Source: Camelus dromedarius
Lineage: Eukaryota
Length of the DNA stretch: 64,000 nucleotides
Assembly: GCF_036321535.1 (NCBI RefSeq)
Contig: NC_087436.1
Span: 13,206,001-13,270,000 of the forward strand
Reading direction: 5' to 3'
The notes beneath the pieces were generated by a model. That model saw only the letters and a list, made by a program, of their open reading frames with translations. It ran no database searches and was not told where the DNA came from. Positions 48,601-61,400 of the stretch are shown here, piece after piece. Numbering within the stretch: position 1 is the stretch's first letter; each line of letters opens with the position of its first letter. Position numbers and translations under genes: made by a program.

Positions 48601-51104
48601 AACCTGGAATATTCACACATACACACACAAATGGAAATTAAACAACACACTCTTTAACAACCAGTTGCTAAAGAAGAAATCAAAAAGAAAAATAAAACTT
48701 GAAATTAAAAAAAAATGGAAACAACATACCAAAATTTATGAGATGCAGGAAACAGCAGTTCTAAGAGAAAAATATGTAGCTATAAATGCATACATAAGAA
48801 AAAAAGATCTTAAATAAACAACCTAACATTAAGTCTCAAAGAACTGGAAGAACAAACTAAGCCCAAATTTAGTAGGAGGAAGGAATTAATAAAAATTAGA
48901 GCAGAAATTAATGAAACAGAGGATAAGAAAACAATAAATAGATAAACAAAACTAAGAGAAACTAAGAGTTGATTCTTTGAAAAGAAATAAAATTGACAAA
49001 CCTGTAGCTACACAAACCAAGAAAAAAGAAAAGAAAGGATTCAAATTTTTAAAAAATATAAATAAAAGAGGAGACGTTACAACTGATAGCACAAAAATAC
49101 AATGGATCATAAGAGATTACTATGAACAGTTATACATCAACAAATTGGACAACCTAGAGGAAGTGGATAAATTCCTAGGAACAAAAATGTACCAAGACTG
49201 AATCATGAAGAAGAGAAAATCTGAACAGACTAATAATGAATAAGAATACTGATTAGTAATCAAAAACCTCCAAACACAGAAAAGCCAAGGACCAGATCGT
49301 TTTACTGGTGAATTCCACCAAATATTTAGGAGAAGAATCAACATCAATTCTTCTCAACACTTTGAAACAACTGAAGTAGAGGGAACACTTCCAAACTCAT
49401 TTTACAAGGTCAGCATTACACTGATACCCAAGCCACATAAGGCTATTTTTTTATTTTTTTAATTTTTCTTTTTTTCTTTTCTTTATTATTATTATTATTA
49501 TTATTTTACAGATAAGGTATACTATGAGAAAAGAAAACTACAGGCCAATATCCCTAACGAATATACATGTAAAAATTTTCAACAAAATACTAGAAAACTG
49601 AATTCAACCACACATTTAAATGATCATGCACCATAATCAAGTAGGATTCATCCCTGTAATGCAAGAATGGTTCAACATACACATATCAATAAATATGTTA
49701 TATTACATTAATACAATAAAAGGTAAAAATCATGTGATCATCTCAACAGATGCAGAAAAAACATTTGACAAAATTCAACATGTTTTCATGATAAAAACTC
49801 TCAAGTTAGATTTAGAAAGAATGTACCTCAACATAATAAAGGCCATATATGGCAAGCCCACAGCAAACACGAAAGGTTGAAAAGGTAAAAGATTGAAAGC
49901 TTTTCCTCTAAAATCAGTAACAAATCAAGAACACCCACTCTTACCACATCCATTCAACATAGTACTGGAAATTCTAGCCAGAGCACTCAGACAAGAAAAT
50001 GAATTAAAACGCATTTAAATCAAAAAAGAAGAAGTAAAACAGTGCCTGCTTGCAGATAATATGATCCTATATATAGAAAGCCCTAAAGATTCTACCAAAG
50101 AACTGTCAGAACTAATAAATGACTTCAGTAATATTGCAAGATACAAAATCTACATACAAAAATCAGATCCATCCCAAAACACTAGCAATGAACTATCCAA
50201 AAAAGAAAGAAACAATCCCATTCACAACAGCATCAAAAATAATAAAATACTTAGTAATAAATTTAACCAAGGAGGTGAAACATCTGTACACGGAAAATTA
50301 TAAGAAACTGATTAAATAAATTGAAGACACAAATAAATGGAAGGCTATCCTGTGTTCATGGATTGGAAGAATAAATATTGTTAAAATGCCCGTACTACCC
50401 AAAGCCATCTATAGATTCAGTGCAATCTTTATTAAGATTCCAATGACTGTTTTTATATAGAAATAGAAAAAAAAAACAATTCTAAAATTCATATAGAACC
50501 ATAAAGAAATAGCCAAAGCAGTCTTGAGAAAGAAGAACAAAGCTGGAGGCATCACACTTCCTGATTTCAAGCTTTATCTCAGTCTATAGTAATCAAAACA
50601 GTACAGTACTAGCATAAAAACAGACAAATAGATCAATGGAATACAATAAGGAACCTGAAAATAAACCTATGCATATGTAGTCAACTAATATTTGACAAGG
50701 GAGCCAAGAATACCCAGTAGAGGAAAGTTGGATATTCACATGCAGAAAAATAAAACTGGGCTCCTATCTTAAGCCACTCACAGCAACAAAAACGGATGAA
50801 GGTGGACAAAGGATACAAACTTCCAGTTATACGATGAATAAGTTCTGGGAGTGTAATGTACAACGTGATGATTATAATTACCAATCATGTATTTTACACT
50901 TGAAAGTTCCTAAGAGAGTAGATCTTAAGAGTTCTCACCACATACACACACAAATGGTAAGTATGTGAGGTGATGGATGTGTTAACTAACCTTATTGTGG
51001 TAATCATTTCACAGTATATAAATACAGCAAATCATCATGTTATATACCTTAAACTTACACAGTGTTATATGTCAACTATATTGCAATAAAACCTGGGAGG
51101 AAAA
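45649..51104 (+). mobile_element. Near-full-length old L1 (L1MA-like) with 5'UTR, internally deleted ORF1, decayed ORF2 and 3'UTR
   Basis: ORF2 peptides: endonuclease 48131..48313 (AIFISNKIDFK..KDKEGH.IM), 48977..49201, RT 49620..49880 ([28 protein letters not shown]) and 50061..50319. Many stops and frameshifts. Confidence 0.93.
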
Positions 51105-53494
51105 GGCTCCAAGAGTTATCAAACAGAGTCAGAATGCCAACTAGATGTAGCCTGGACAAAAAGAAATTCTATAAAAATGGAGTGTAAAAATTTAGGTAAA
51201 ATATGGCTTTAAGAGTGGCTGGAACTGGCCACCACCAATGTTTTTGAAACTTCACACTTATAGGTGTGTTGGGCAAGTCCATCTCCAGTAATTTGTGTCT
51301 AAAATTAGGAGCTGCTCATTTAGCTTTCCGGAGTCCTTCTCAGCCTCTTGAAGCTATTTCTGTTCAAGGGGAAAATCTGGAAGATTTTGGTGCTTGAAGT
51401 GTAGATTTTGTGGGATTATGGATAAGGTGCAATTTCAGGTAGAGCATTTCACCTAGAATGGGAGATGAGTAAGTCCCCAACTGCTTCCATTCTAAAGGAC
51501 TTCTGCAGAGCTTGGACATGGGAACTGCAGAACATGCCATTTATTCATGTACGCAATATTCACAATTTTTCTCTTTACAAAGAAATTTTGAGTTGCCTTG
51601 CAAAAAAGCTAATTAACAAAAGGTTAATAAAATGAAAACACAAATTCATAAACAAATAAAAAGCAAGATTGCAGACATACTGCTTCAAAAGTGTGAGCTA
51701 AAAAGTTGCCTATAAACGTCCTTGTAACCAAAGCAAAAAGGACACTACAATTTACATTACTCTCATTTTAGAAAGAAGGAGTCAAATCAGTTTTTTAAAA
51801 GAAAAAAGTATCTTCTAGATGCTAGAAGAAATTTCTCACATTGAGCTTTGTCCAGAAAGCATTAAGCAATGTAATAAACAATCCTCATGTCTTTTTTTGT
51901 ATAATAAATTAAAAAGTGAATGCCATCTGTTTGTTTCTTGTAGCAAATTTTGCTAAAAGCTAAAAGAATACTATTAAAACAAAACTTGGAGTGGATAAAG
52001 TATTCTGCTTTCAATAGCTTAATTTCAGCCAAGGTTAGATCTTAGAGAAATAAATGGATCCTTAGAAAAGTAAACAGACAGCTTAACTCTTCATTTGAGC
52101 GGTCTCACTTTTCCCTCTCTTTCCTAAGCATTTATAATTCCATCAATAATACCTCCTACAACACACGATAATTTTCAAATTCTTGGGAAAAAGGCAATGG
52201 GAAGGCACTAACATATATCCTGAAAGACCGCTCTTCAAAGGAGAGGCATGTCCCTACACTTGAGAGTTTCTGGTTCAGATAACTTCCCTATCTACAGTTT
52301 CTCTCATCTTGATGTTTGATGGGAGCATAGAGGAAGACATCTGGAAGTCATCCTCTTAGACTGGAATCAGTACCAACTACAAAATCATTCCACAAAGAAG
52401 GTCCAATTGCCAGCAGAACATTGACCATTCCACCAGGGCTCTCCCTAGAAGACAGACCACAGGAGTATCTGGAGCAAAGTCAGAAGTTTCCTGATGAATA
52501 TAGTTATATATTCACTCTAGCATTTGAAGAAAACAATCCAATGTAGTCTCCAGATTCTCTTATTCTAGAAAAGGTATTGGCTTTGATATTCTTCAAAGTG
52601 TGGAACTACTTCATAGAAGAACCCCAACAGTGCTTCTGTAGAGCCTGCCAGGATGACACCACTTCTGTAAAGGAGTGGCCGCCACTCTCCACCACTGTCC
52701 TGGGCTCTGAGCTGCACAGCGCAACACTGTTGGATGATTCCTGCTGGGCCAAACCTGACGAGGGAAGAAAGATATGAATGCAAGCGGTCCTCTCTGTCTA
52801 CTGAATTGAATCTGTTCCCATCCTTTCAACCCAAGAAAAAGGGTTGTCTAGAGAAGGAGGGAAAAAGCCCTTCAGAACATTCTATAGATGAAGCAGTGTG
52901 GCACGAAGTCACTGCTCCAAGAGACCTCTAACTTTCCCCATTTGGAGCCTTTGGATCAGGTGGATGGCAGGTGACCATAAAGTACCCTTAAATAAACATG
53001 GCGTCCTTGACATTGAATGGGCATTAAAGTAATGACACTTCTTTTAAGCCCAGAATATTAAACCAATAAATAAAGGTATATTAAATGTATGTCCTTTGTC
53101 ATCCACAAGGAAAGCATATGTATGAGACAACTTTCAGTGATCTTTTTTATGAGCTCAGTCCTGAAATTTATGATTTGGCAGAATGGAGGGAAAGGAGCAG
53201 AAACTCTAGTCATGTGTGGCTGGACTTGACCATAATTTATAAAAAACTTGAAGCCATAAAAACTTCCATTTGGCTCAAGAGATCCACCATCTTCCTACTA
53301 ATTATTTCTCTCTCATTTTTCTCCTTTGTGCATGAAGCAAAGAATGTAAGTTTCTACTATGGAGGATGGAGTGCTGGGCAGCCCACAAGCATGGAGGGGC
53401 TCAGCATGGGTGGAAATGGATGCCTGGCAGAGGCATGTCACCTGGATTACTTCACTCAATTCCTGCTGCCACTGAACAAGTCCATGTGACTTGG

Positions 53495-53960
53495 CTTTTT
53501 TAATATCTCATCTCTTTCAAGTCTCTCCATTCAATGCACTGGCTCTGGTCTCAGCCACCATCATCTCTTCCCTGGCTACTGTCATTGCCTCCCAACTGGT
53601 CTCCTGGCTTCCCCTCCGATCTCCTTTTCATTTCGCCCACCATAGCCAGATCACAAATATAAGTATGACATTCACCTGGTCAAAACTCTTCAGTGGCTTC
53701 CCATTATCCCAAAACACACACATACACACGCAGCTAACAAACAAACAAATGAGAGCAGGGTCTCCAGGCCTGGAGACCTCCGCCAAGCCCCTTGTCTTCA
53801 TGCTCTATCCTGCAGACACACTGGGCTTCTTTCAGGTTTTCAAACATATCCACTTCTTCCCGCCCAGGGGGATTCACACACACTGATGCGTCTACCTGAT
53901 GATTCCCTTTGCCTGAAGAATGCATCCTCCACATCTCGGCTGAATATTCTTTCCTCCTTG
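53495..53960 (+). mobile_element. L2 relic
   Basis: gccaccatcatctct...gcctcccaactggtctcctggcttcc...aaactcttcagtggcttcccatt. Confidence 0.75.
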
Positions 53961-53964
53961 ACAC

Positions 53965-55345
53965 TGACCAGAGGAAAAATTAGCAAGGACTTACAGTCTG
54001 AACAAGAAGATGAGCAAGCTTGAGTTCACATGCATTTGTAGAATCACCCACAGTGTAGGTCACAAAAGATAACAAATTTCCAAGATCCAGAATCATACAG
54101 CCTATCCTCTCACCATAAATGAAGTAAATTACAAATGTGATTAAAAACTTCATACGTTAGAAAATTTAAAATCCAAATCTGAAGTTATTCATAAGGAGGA
54201 ATCACAATGTACATTATTTAGAACAAGATGTTAATGAAATTAGTTCACAGAAAATTTCATAGGAAGCAGCTAAAGTGCTACTTGTATTAAATACTTAAAT
54301 AAGAAAAATTGAAAGTAAATGCATGAAACCTAAGCACCTAGAAAAAAATAAAAATAAACCTATAGATTGTAGAAGAAAGGAAAAATAAACATGAGGATGG
54401 ATATTGATAAACAAGAAAAAAAGAAACAGAATTAAGAATGTCAAAAGCTGTTCTTTGGGAAAATCTCATAAAATCCACAAGTCACTAGCAAGACCAATAA
54501 GAAAAATGTGAATATGCACAAGTAAACATCATTAGGAAACAAGGGGAACATAATTATGGAAACAGTAGAAAGTTTTAAAACTCATAAGGAAATACTAAAT
54601 GTAACACACATTCTAATTCATTTTTTAAAGCAGATGATATCCTATAAAATATCAATTATTAAAATAGTCTCAAGAAGAAACATAAAACCTTTAAAAATCA
54701 GTAACCATTAAAGAAATTGACTAAGTTGTCAATTCTTCCATTAGTGGGAGTGATGGGGGTGGTGGGAAAGTGGAAGGAAATTGTTTTAGAAGTAAATTCT
54801 AACAAATCTACAGGAATAGATATTCTATATTTTATAAAGATTGTTTCAGAGAATAGAAAGTTTAAAAAGCTGTCCGATCCTTCTAGAAGTCTAGTTGGCC
54901 CAAAATGAAAAGGAACAACACAATTATAGTCCAAGTTTATTTACGAATAGAGAGGCAAAAATTAGCTGAATTTAGCAGAGTTTTCATCATGGCCAAAGAG
55001 AGTTTATTTCAAAGATGTAAGAAGGGGTAAATATCAGAAAACCTACTAATTTTTTACATGATATGAATAGATGAAAGGGAAATTTTTATCTGATGCAAAA
55101 AATTCGATAAATTTCAACACTTACCCATTCATGATGGAAATCCTAGGTAAGCTGAGCCTAAATGGAAACATCTTTAACCTAGAAAAGGATTTCTGTCACA
55201 AACTTGCACCAGACAGCATTTCTCAGTTGTAAAAGTGTAAATCCAGTACCATTAAATCAGGAATAAGATGCCTTTAATGGCCATTTGCTGTTCAGTCTTG
55301 TACTGAGGATACTGTCCAATACAACTGGCCAAGAGAAGAAAGCAA
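53965..55345 (+). mobile_element. Very old L1 ORF2 fragment (L1M5/L1ME-like)
   Basis: Decayed ORF2 motifs, e.g. tgatgcaaaaaattcgataaatttcaacac and ttgtactgaggatactgtccaatacaa. Confidence 0.65.
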
Positions 55346-55884
55346 AGCCTATGGGAAGAAGAAAGGTTGACTCAAACACCGCCTTCCTGTTTAGTTTCTC
55401 CCTCTTCATCCAGCCTCATTCAATGTGTGCCCTTCTTCTGGGGAGTCAAGTCCCCACTCCATTCTGCTTTGAATCAAAGACACCCTCTCCTCTAGCTGTC
55501 ATACAGAGAGAAAAATGGTTAACTCACCATTCCATGGGTAGAGAAAGAAGCGATATCAAAGGGTTTTCCATTCTGATTTGTCCTAAATTTGATCTTTCTG
55601 TAAGAAGCTAAAAATTCCAGATACTTCTCACATAGTAAGAATCGGCTTTCTCCTAAAATCCCTTATCAAATTACAAATGAGATTTTTTCCCAGTTGCATA
55701 ACTTTGTCATTCTTGTCATTTGTCCTTTTCTGGACTCTGAATTACAAGACAAACCTTGGCAAAGGAGACCTTCACGTAATCACTTTAACCCAATTCTTAT
55801 GATTTATCTCCTGACTGGCAGACAGAGGTGATTGCCCTGAATCATGATTACATCAATGTTCTCAGTCCTTGAAAATGATAGCTG

Positions 55885-56320
55885 TCCTTTGACCCCGCAG
55901 TCATACTTTTAGGAATTGATGCCAAAGAAATCATCAGATTTTATGCAAGGATATCTGTCCCAGCATTATTTATAATAGTAAAAATTTTCAAATAATGTAA
56001 ATGTTTAACAATATGGAAATCAGTAAATTATAGGCCATTCATCCCATAAAACGTTTTGCAGCCAATAAAAAATCATGTTATGGGGAAATATTTGTCGACA
56101 TGAGAAAAATGTTTTGGTATCTCGCTTAGTGAAAAAACAGGCTATACAATTTTATTTGATAAATGTTACCATTATTTTGATAGTCACCTTCTTGGGGAAA
56201 ATACTCAGAGAATCTACAGCAAAAAATTTTTAATTGGCTTATCTCATAATGGTATGATTCCAGGTATTTCTGGTTTATTTGATTGTTTGTTGTCTTTCAT
56301 TATGTTTTATCATGTGTTCC
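55885..56320 (+). mobile_element. L1ME-like 3' fragment
   Basis: ctttgaccccgcagtcatacttttaggaatt...cagcattatttataatag. Confidence 0.6.
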
Positions 56321-56323
56321 AAG

Positions 56324-56932
56324 TGAGAAGGGAAAAAGTAGCCCCTGATGGCTGTCTGCTGGGAGCTGGGTCGGCTCTAATCGCTGGACCATAGTGTTCT
56401 ACTGAGGAACATAAACAATTTCACACCTTCCTCTGTGACCATGGTGAAGCAAGACAAACACAAGCCCATTCTCTAAACATGTCTGAGCACAGACAAAAAC
56501 AAAAACACTGTGCAAACCACAAACAGCCAAACACAAGGGACTGCAGCTTCGCTGCCAATTATAACATTAGCCCGCTCTGGTCTTCCACTTCCTAGATAAA
56601 AACTATTTTAAAAATATGAAAACAAATCTATGTATAACTGAACTTCTATGCTGTCCATCAGAAATTGACACAACAGTGTAACCAACTATACATCCATAAA
56701 GAAAATACTGATATCCAATCAAAGAATGTCCCTTCTTCCACTTCCTGCCAGCATCCATCCACAGCAAACCCGCGTGTCCTTGAACCCTATCCTGAACCAC
56801 CTAGCACAGCTTGATCCTATTGAAAGCCCCCGAAACACACCCCTGCAATGCTTCCCAGCCGCCCTCTTTGTGCAGTCAGATCAACAGTCTAACTCTGTTC
56901 CCAGGGGTCTTTGGCCAAAGATGGTCATTGAC
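56324..56932 (+). mobile_element. Old ERV1-class LTR (MER89/90/110-like) interrupted by a young L1 tail (~56605-56705)
   Basis: tgagaag...cattgaca termini; internal gctgtccatcagaaattgacaca...catccataaagaaaa L1 tail. Confidence 0.55.
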
Positions 56933-56984
56933 ATAAGATGTATGTACAAAGTGTGTATCCTTTTGTAATTAAAAAAATTTTTTA

Positions 56985-57141
56985 AAGGTGAGGGGGTGGA
57001 GGGACAAATTGAGAGTTCAGAATTTTCAGATACTAACTACTATACATAAAATAGATTAAAAAACAAGGCCCTACTGCATAGCACAGGGAACTATATTCAG
57101 TACCTTGTAATAGCCTATAATGAAAAAGAATATGAAAAGGA

Positions 57142-57183
<42 letters not shown>

Positions 57184-57262
57184 AACTGAATCACTATGCT
57201 GTACACCAGAAACTAACACATTGTAAATCGACCATACTTCAGTTTAAAAACAATTAAAAACT
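56985..57262 (+). mobile_element. Young L1 3' end containing (TG)n at ~57145-57181
   Basis: atagcacagggaactatattcag...gctgtacaccagaaactaacacattgtaaatcgaccatacttc. Confidence 0.88.
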
Positions 57263-57452
57263 GAAATTAAATACTCTCCATACATTAATATCTCAAGTGA
57301 CTTTTGACCTCCAGGAAAAAAAGGCCGACCCTCAGTTGCCCCTGGGTTCTTGCATCTATAACCAGCCAGCCCTCCAGCCGAGCACAGGAGCTGAGCTCCT
57401 TCAGTATCGTCAGCTTTGGGACCCATCGAAGGTTCTTCAGACACAGGTCAAG

Positions 57453-57661
57453 CACAGTTTCTTAACAACAACCCTATTGGCATTGGAGCCAGATGATTCT
57501 TTGTTGCAGGGGGTTATCCTGTGGGCTGTTTAGCAGCCTTCCTGGCCTCTGCCCACTGGGTACAAGTGGCACCCCTTCTATTGTAACAACCAAAAGTGTC
57601 TCCAGACAATTTCCTCCTTACACAAAGGGAGGGGCAAGATTCCCTGAGGATGAGAACCAGG
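57453..57661. mobile_element. MER20-like hAT relic
   Basis: cagtttcttaac...gatgattctttgttg...tttagcagccttcctggcctctgcccact...acaaccaaaagtgtctccagaca...tgagaacca. Confidence 0.8.
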
Positions 57662-57977
57662 AGGAGGGAAGGCGATGAAAAGAGAAAGGATTCTGGATGA
57701 GTTACTAAGAGTCCTGGGGTTGGTTCTCTGCCTCTGTGGCCATGGAGATCATCTTTCTTGCCCTCCCTGCTTCATGAGGACGGTGTGAAGAGGTGACAGA
57801 GAAGTTATAAACCAGCTTGCAAGTAGCTAAAGAGATCTTCATTTAGTCAATAAAGATTTATCAAGAGCTTTCTGAGTAGATATGATATTCTGATGCTATC
57901 AAAGAGCTCCAATTGGAAAGGTACTCAACGCTAAGTCTGACTATATGAGCACAGGGAATTGACAGAAACGACATTCT

Positions 57978-58144
57978 TTTACTTTTATTAATTTAAAAAA
58001 CATATTTCTTTATTTTGTGGTGGGGGGAGGTAATTGTTTGTTTGTTTCTTTCTTTCTTTAATGGAGGTGCTGGGGACTGAACCTAGGACCTTGTGCATGC
58101 TAAGCACGCACTCTACCACTGAGCTGTACCCTCCCCCGCACCCC
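57978..58144 (-). mobile_element. Camelid SINE
   Basis: ggggactgaacctaggaccttgtgcatgctaagcacgcactctaccactgagctgtaccctcccc; TSD-like acattctt / gcattctt. Confidence 0.9.
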
Positions 58145-59531
58145 ATGGCATTCTTAAGGATCATTTAAAACAATACAAAACAGCAACAACAATAATTCCC
58201 TCAGAAATGATCATATAATTAAGGTAAATGTATTGAATTTGGATTTGCCAAATGTAGCTTCATAGGGAAAACCAATTTTTATCTAAGAGATTTTTTAAAA
58301 AGTCAGATTATTCGTCCTGAAAGCAGTCCTTCGTGGAGTCTTCCCAATCTTGGCATCAGTCTTCATGCTGAGCTACGAACTGCAGTCCGCTAGCTCTGGC
58401 TCACACTAGACTGGTTTATTGAATCAGTCGGAAGGAGGGTAGAAAAAAGCAGGGAGAAACTTCACACGGTATGCTCTTGTGTACTTAACGTGCTGGGAAC
58501 AATCACTTCTTGAGCTCCTAAGCAGATAAGAATAAGAGGGCAATGGGCAGAAATGAAGAAATGTGGGGTCACAAAATAATCGCTTTCGAATGGCTTTTTA
58601 AGAGCAGCGAAAAAGCCAAAATTAGTGGATGTAGCGATGACTCCATGCAAGTGGCATAGTCGACTATGTGAGCTCCTTCTAGCATTTTAAGAAGGTATTC
58701 TAAATAACGAGGTTAGCCTTGGAGTCTTAATGAAACAGGATTTCTCATAATGTTTTCTTTCTAAACACAATGGGTTTTATTTTTCTTTTCTCTTTTCTGC
58801 AAAACAGAAATCAGCTGTTTTCATTTATAAACATTTTATTGAAAATGTGTTATGAGGAAGCTTTTCAACGAGCTTTTAAACAACCAAATGGAATCCTTGC
58901 CCTTCTTTGCAAAGGATGAGATATTTCTTATCTCACTTTTTAAAATGTAGAAAAGGTAACTGGTCTGGGGTCTTCAATAAGGTTTCACAGAAATGAGATG
59001 CCAAGATTAAAATCTTTCTCCTACATGGTTAATTAATGTAGTAATTACTAAGGATTCAAAATGGATTCAAAAACGGATTCAAATAATTGAAAGATGCTAC
59101 ATTTAAGTTGGGTAAGGGACTCCAGGGATCACCTGGTCCCAGCAGGTAATTTTTTTGTGCCTCAGGGTTTCTTGTTCAATGTAGATAATTTAAAAAACAA
59201 GTTTTGGTGAGCAAATGGACATCGCAGTGAGCCCCTGGTACGGCTTACTCACAGAGCTGAAGGTGCCACCACCCTGCTTTTCCCAGACCCGCCCGGCATT
59301 CCCCAGTCACCTGCTTCATTCACCCCGGGGCTCCACATCTCACAGAAACTGTCCCTCAGTACAGGAATCTGGTATCATTTTTGACTTCTTTCCCACTCCC
59401 TGTTGAAGTTTTACATTTTCCATGTATAAATATCTGGCCAAGATTACAAAATAAATGAAATAAAGAGGAAAAGATCTGTGATAATTTCAAGATACAGAAT
59501 GGTTTGTAAGGGGACAAAAATCTCATCATAT

Positions 59532-59825
59532 TGTTAGGTGGTTAGATAAGTGGGGAACCGGGCAGACAAGGTGGAGGAGAGGGAGGGTGATCTGGAAGAT
59601 GGAGTTGTGCCCCCCTCCAGCATAAAGGGGCTTTACTTCCTCTAAATGAGTGCCAGCCAGAAACCGGTTAACCCAACAGCCAAAACTGCTTGGTAGCGAG
59701 AAGGACTTAACCAGACATGACCCAGTACTCACTGTAATATAATTAGCATTGTGGTTTATTCCCCTCCATGGGTTTTTCTGTGTGCACCATGGGTAAGGAC
59801 ATGCACAAAAGGGGACGAGCACTCT
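59532..59825 (+). mobile_element. 3'-truncated ERV LTR (family B), U3 part only
   Basis: Aligns by eye to 62813-63119, then stops. Confidence 0.85.
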
Positions 59826-60799
59826 TCCATTATATTCCCATATGCTCTTTGTTGACAGATGGCAGAGATTCCCCTAAAATCGTGCACCCCTTTAACGTCC
59901 CCAGTCCTTTTTTAAACTACTTTTCTCCTCTGCAGTATCTAGCACACTGTGTGTGTCACCACTGTTTATTTGGCTTCTGCTACTGTAGGTCCCTTTACTG
60001 CCCTCAACGGCTGCCATATACAACACTAGGGCAGTAGCTGGGGGCTCTCGCTCTAAATCAGGGGCCCTGGGAAGAGCCCACTCAGTACCACACAATTCCA
60101 ATCCTAGCAAGCTGAGCTGACCTGGGACAGCAGCCAAAGGCCCTCTAACAGCACCCATTGTGCTCCTACTGTATGCAGAAAATTGCGAGATTTAGGAGTA
60201 GAAAGACAAAGGGGAGTACCCACCTCATTTATTATTTGTCTGGGTTTTGGTGTTTTTTTGTGTGTGTCTCTCCAGCACTAGCGATCTTCACGTGTTGTTC
60301 ATTGCTCTCTTCCCCCCACCTGGAGGAGGTCCTCGGGGAAGAGTTCTGAATGAGTAGACAGTTGCATCACCAGAGGTTCCATCACTTCAAGGGCAGCAGG
60401 CAGTAGCTGATTGTCTTAGTTCTTTAATGCACCAGCCCCATGGTATTTCCTCAACTACACAATGGCCAGTCTAGACCTGTTTCGCCTTTATTATGATGTG
60501 CTAAACATGGTTCTCTTCCACTGTTGAACTAAGCTTTCAGTTTTATGATTAGTGTCGAGACAACAGAGAGCAGTCTTTTGTTGTTTACTTCAGTGAAAAG
60601 GCACCAGCAAAACTATACCAAAGAAAGAAAAAAACGCAGAACTAGAAGATCTTTCTCAGTACGTATGCTGTTCTCCATTTTCCCCAGCCTGCACTGGTCC
60701 CTGGAGATCAGCTTCTTCCAGAGGGAGCTTCGTGTACCAAAGCTTTGAAACAGTGTGAGAAGCAGAGATGTGCCTTTGGCCTGGTAGGGACGGAGCTTT

Positions 60800-61400
60800 C
60801 CAAATGTGTGGTTCCATTTTACGAAGAGACAGAACTGATGTCAGTTAAGAAAGTGGTTTATTTTCTCGAGAGGTTATATTGGAACGTTCTCTGGCATTTC
60901 TTTTAGTGACAATGAAAATGGCAAAAATAAATGTGCATTAGTCTCTTTTATTTGAGACAAGATCAAAGATCGCTCCGACGTGCTGGACACACCATGGCCT
61001 TACCAGCGCAGCGGGGGAATGACTAAATCGGGATCTGATGCAAATACTCAATCAGTATGAAGGATCTGAGTTCCAGGAAGAGAATTTCCAATCCCTTTAA
61101 TTCTACTGCACACCATTATTGGTGGAGGTTGCCAAACGCAGGAAAAAAATCAAATACAAAGCATTTGAACACACCCTTACATAATACATCGTTTTTATTC
61201 CGCCAGCAATAAAGCATCCTCAGAGGACCCAGAGACCCACATTCCTGAGGACAATGCTTGACATTGATTGATTGTTTTCTAATATATTTTCCAAACTACC
61301 TGGTTGAATGTGTTCACCACAAATCTGGCTCGAAATCCAGCCAGTCCTTCTGAGTCATCCCGCATGACTACCCCCGTCTGCACCGTGCATTTTGCTCCGC
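60800..61400. promoter_or_regulatory. Enhancer-like motif cluster in unique DNA
   Basis: RUNX tgtggtt 60807, TCF/LEF agatcaaag 60960, tgactaa 61020, octamer 61038-61045, STAT ttccaggaa 61071-61079, AP-1 tgagtca 61351. Confidence 0.4.

Noticed and set aside
47915..50790. Functional reverse transcriptase/endonuclease gene
   Set aside because: L1 ORF2 is broken by many stops, frameshifts, an insertion and a C-terminal deletion.
53085..53886. Two adjacent ORFs of ~130 aa
   Set aside because: The second is translated L2 relic; the first has no recognisable domain or splice support.
59052..59083. Three tandem ggattcaaa units
   Set aside because: Short slippage-type duplication with no supporting context.
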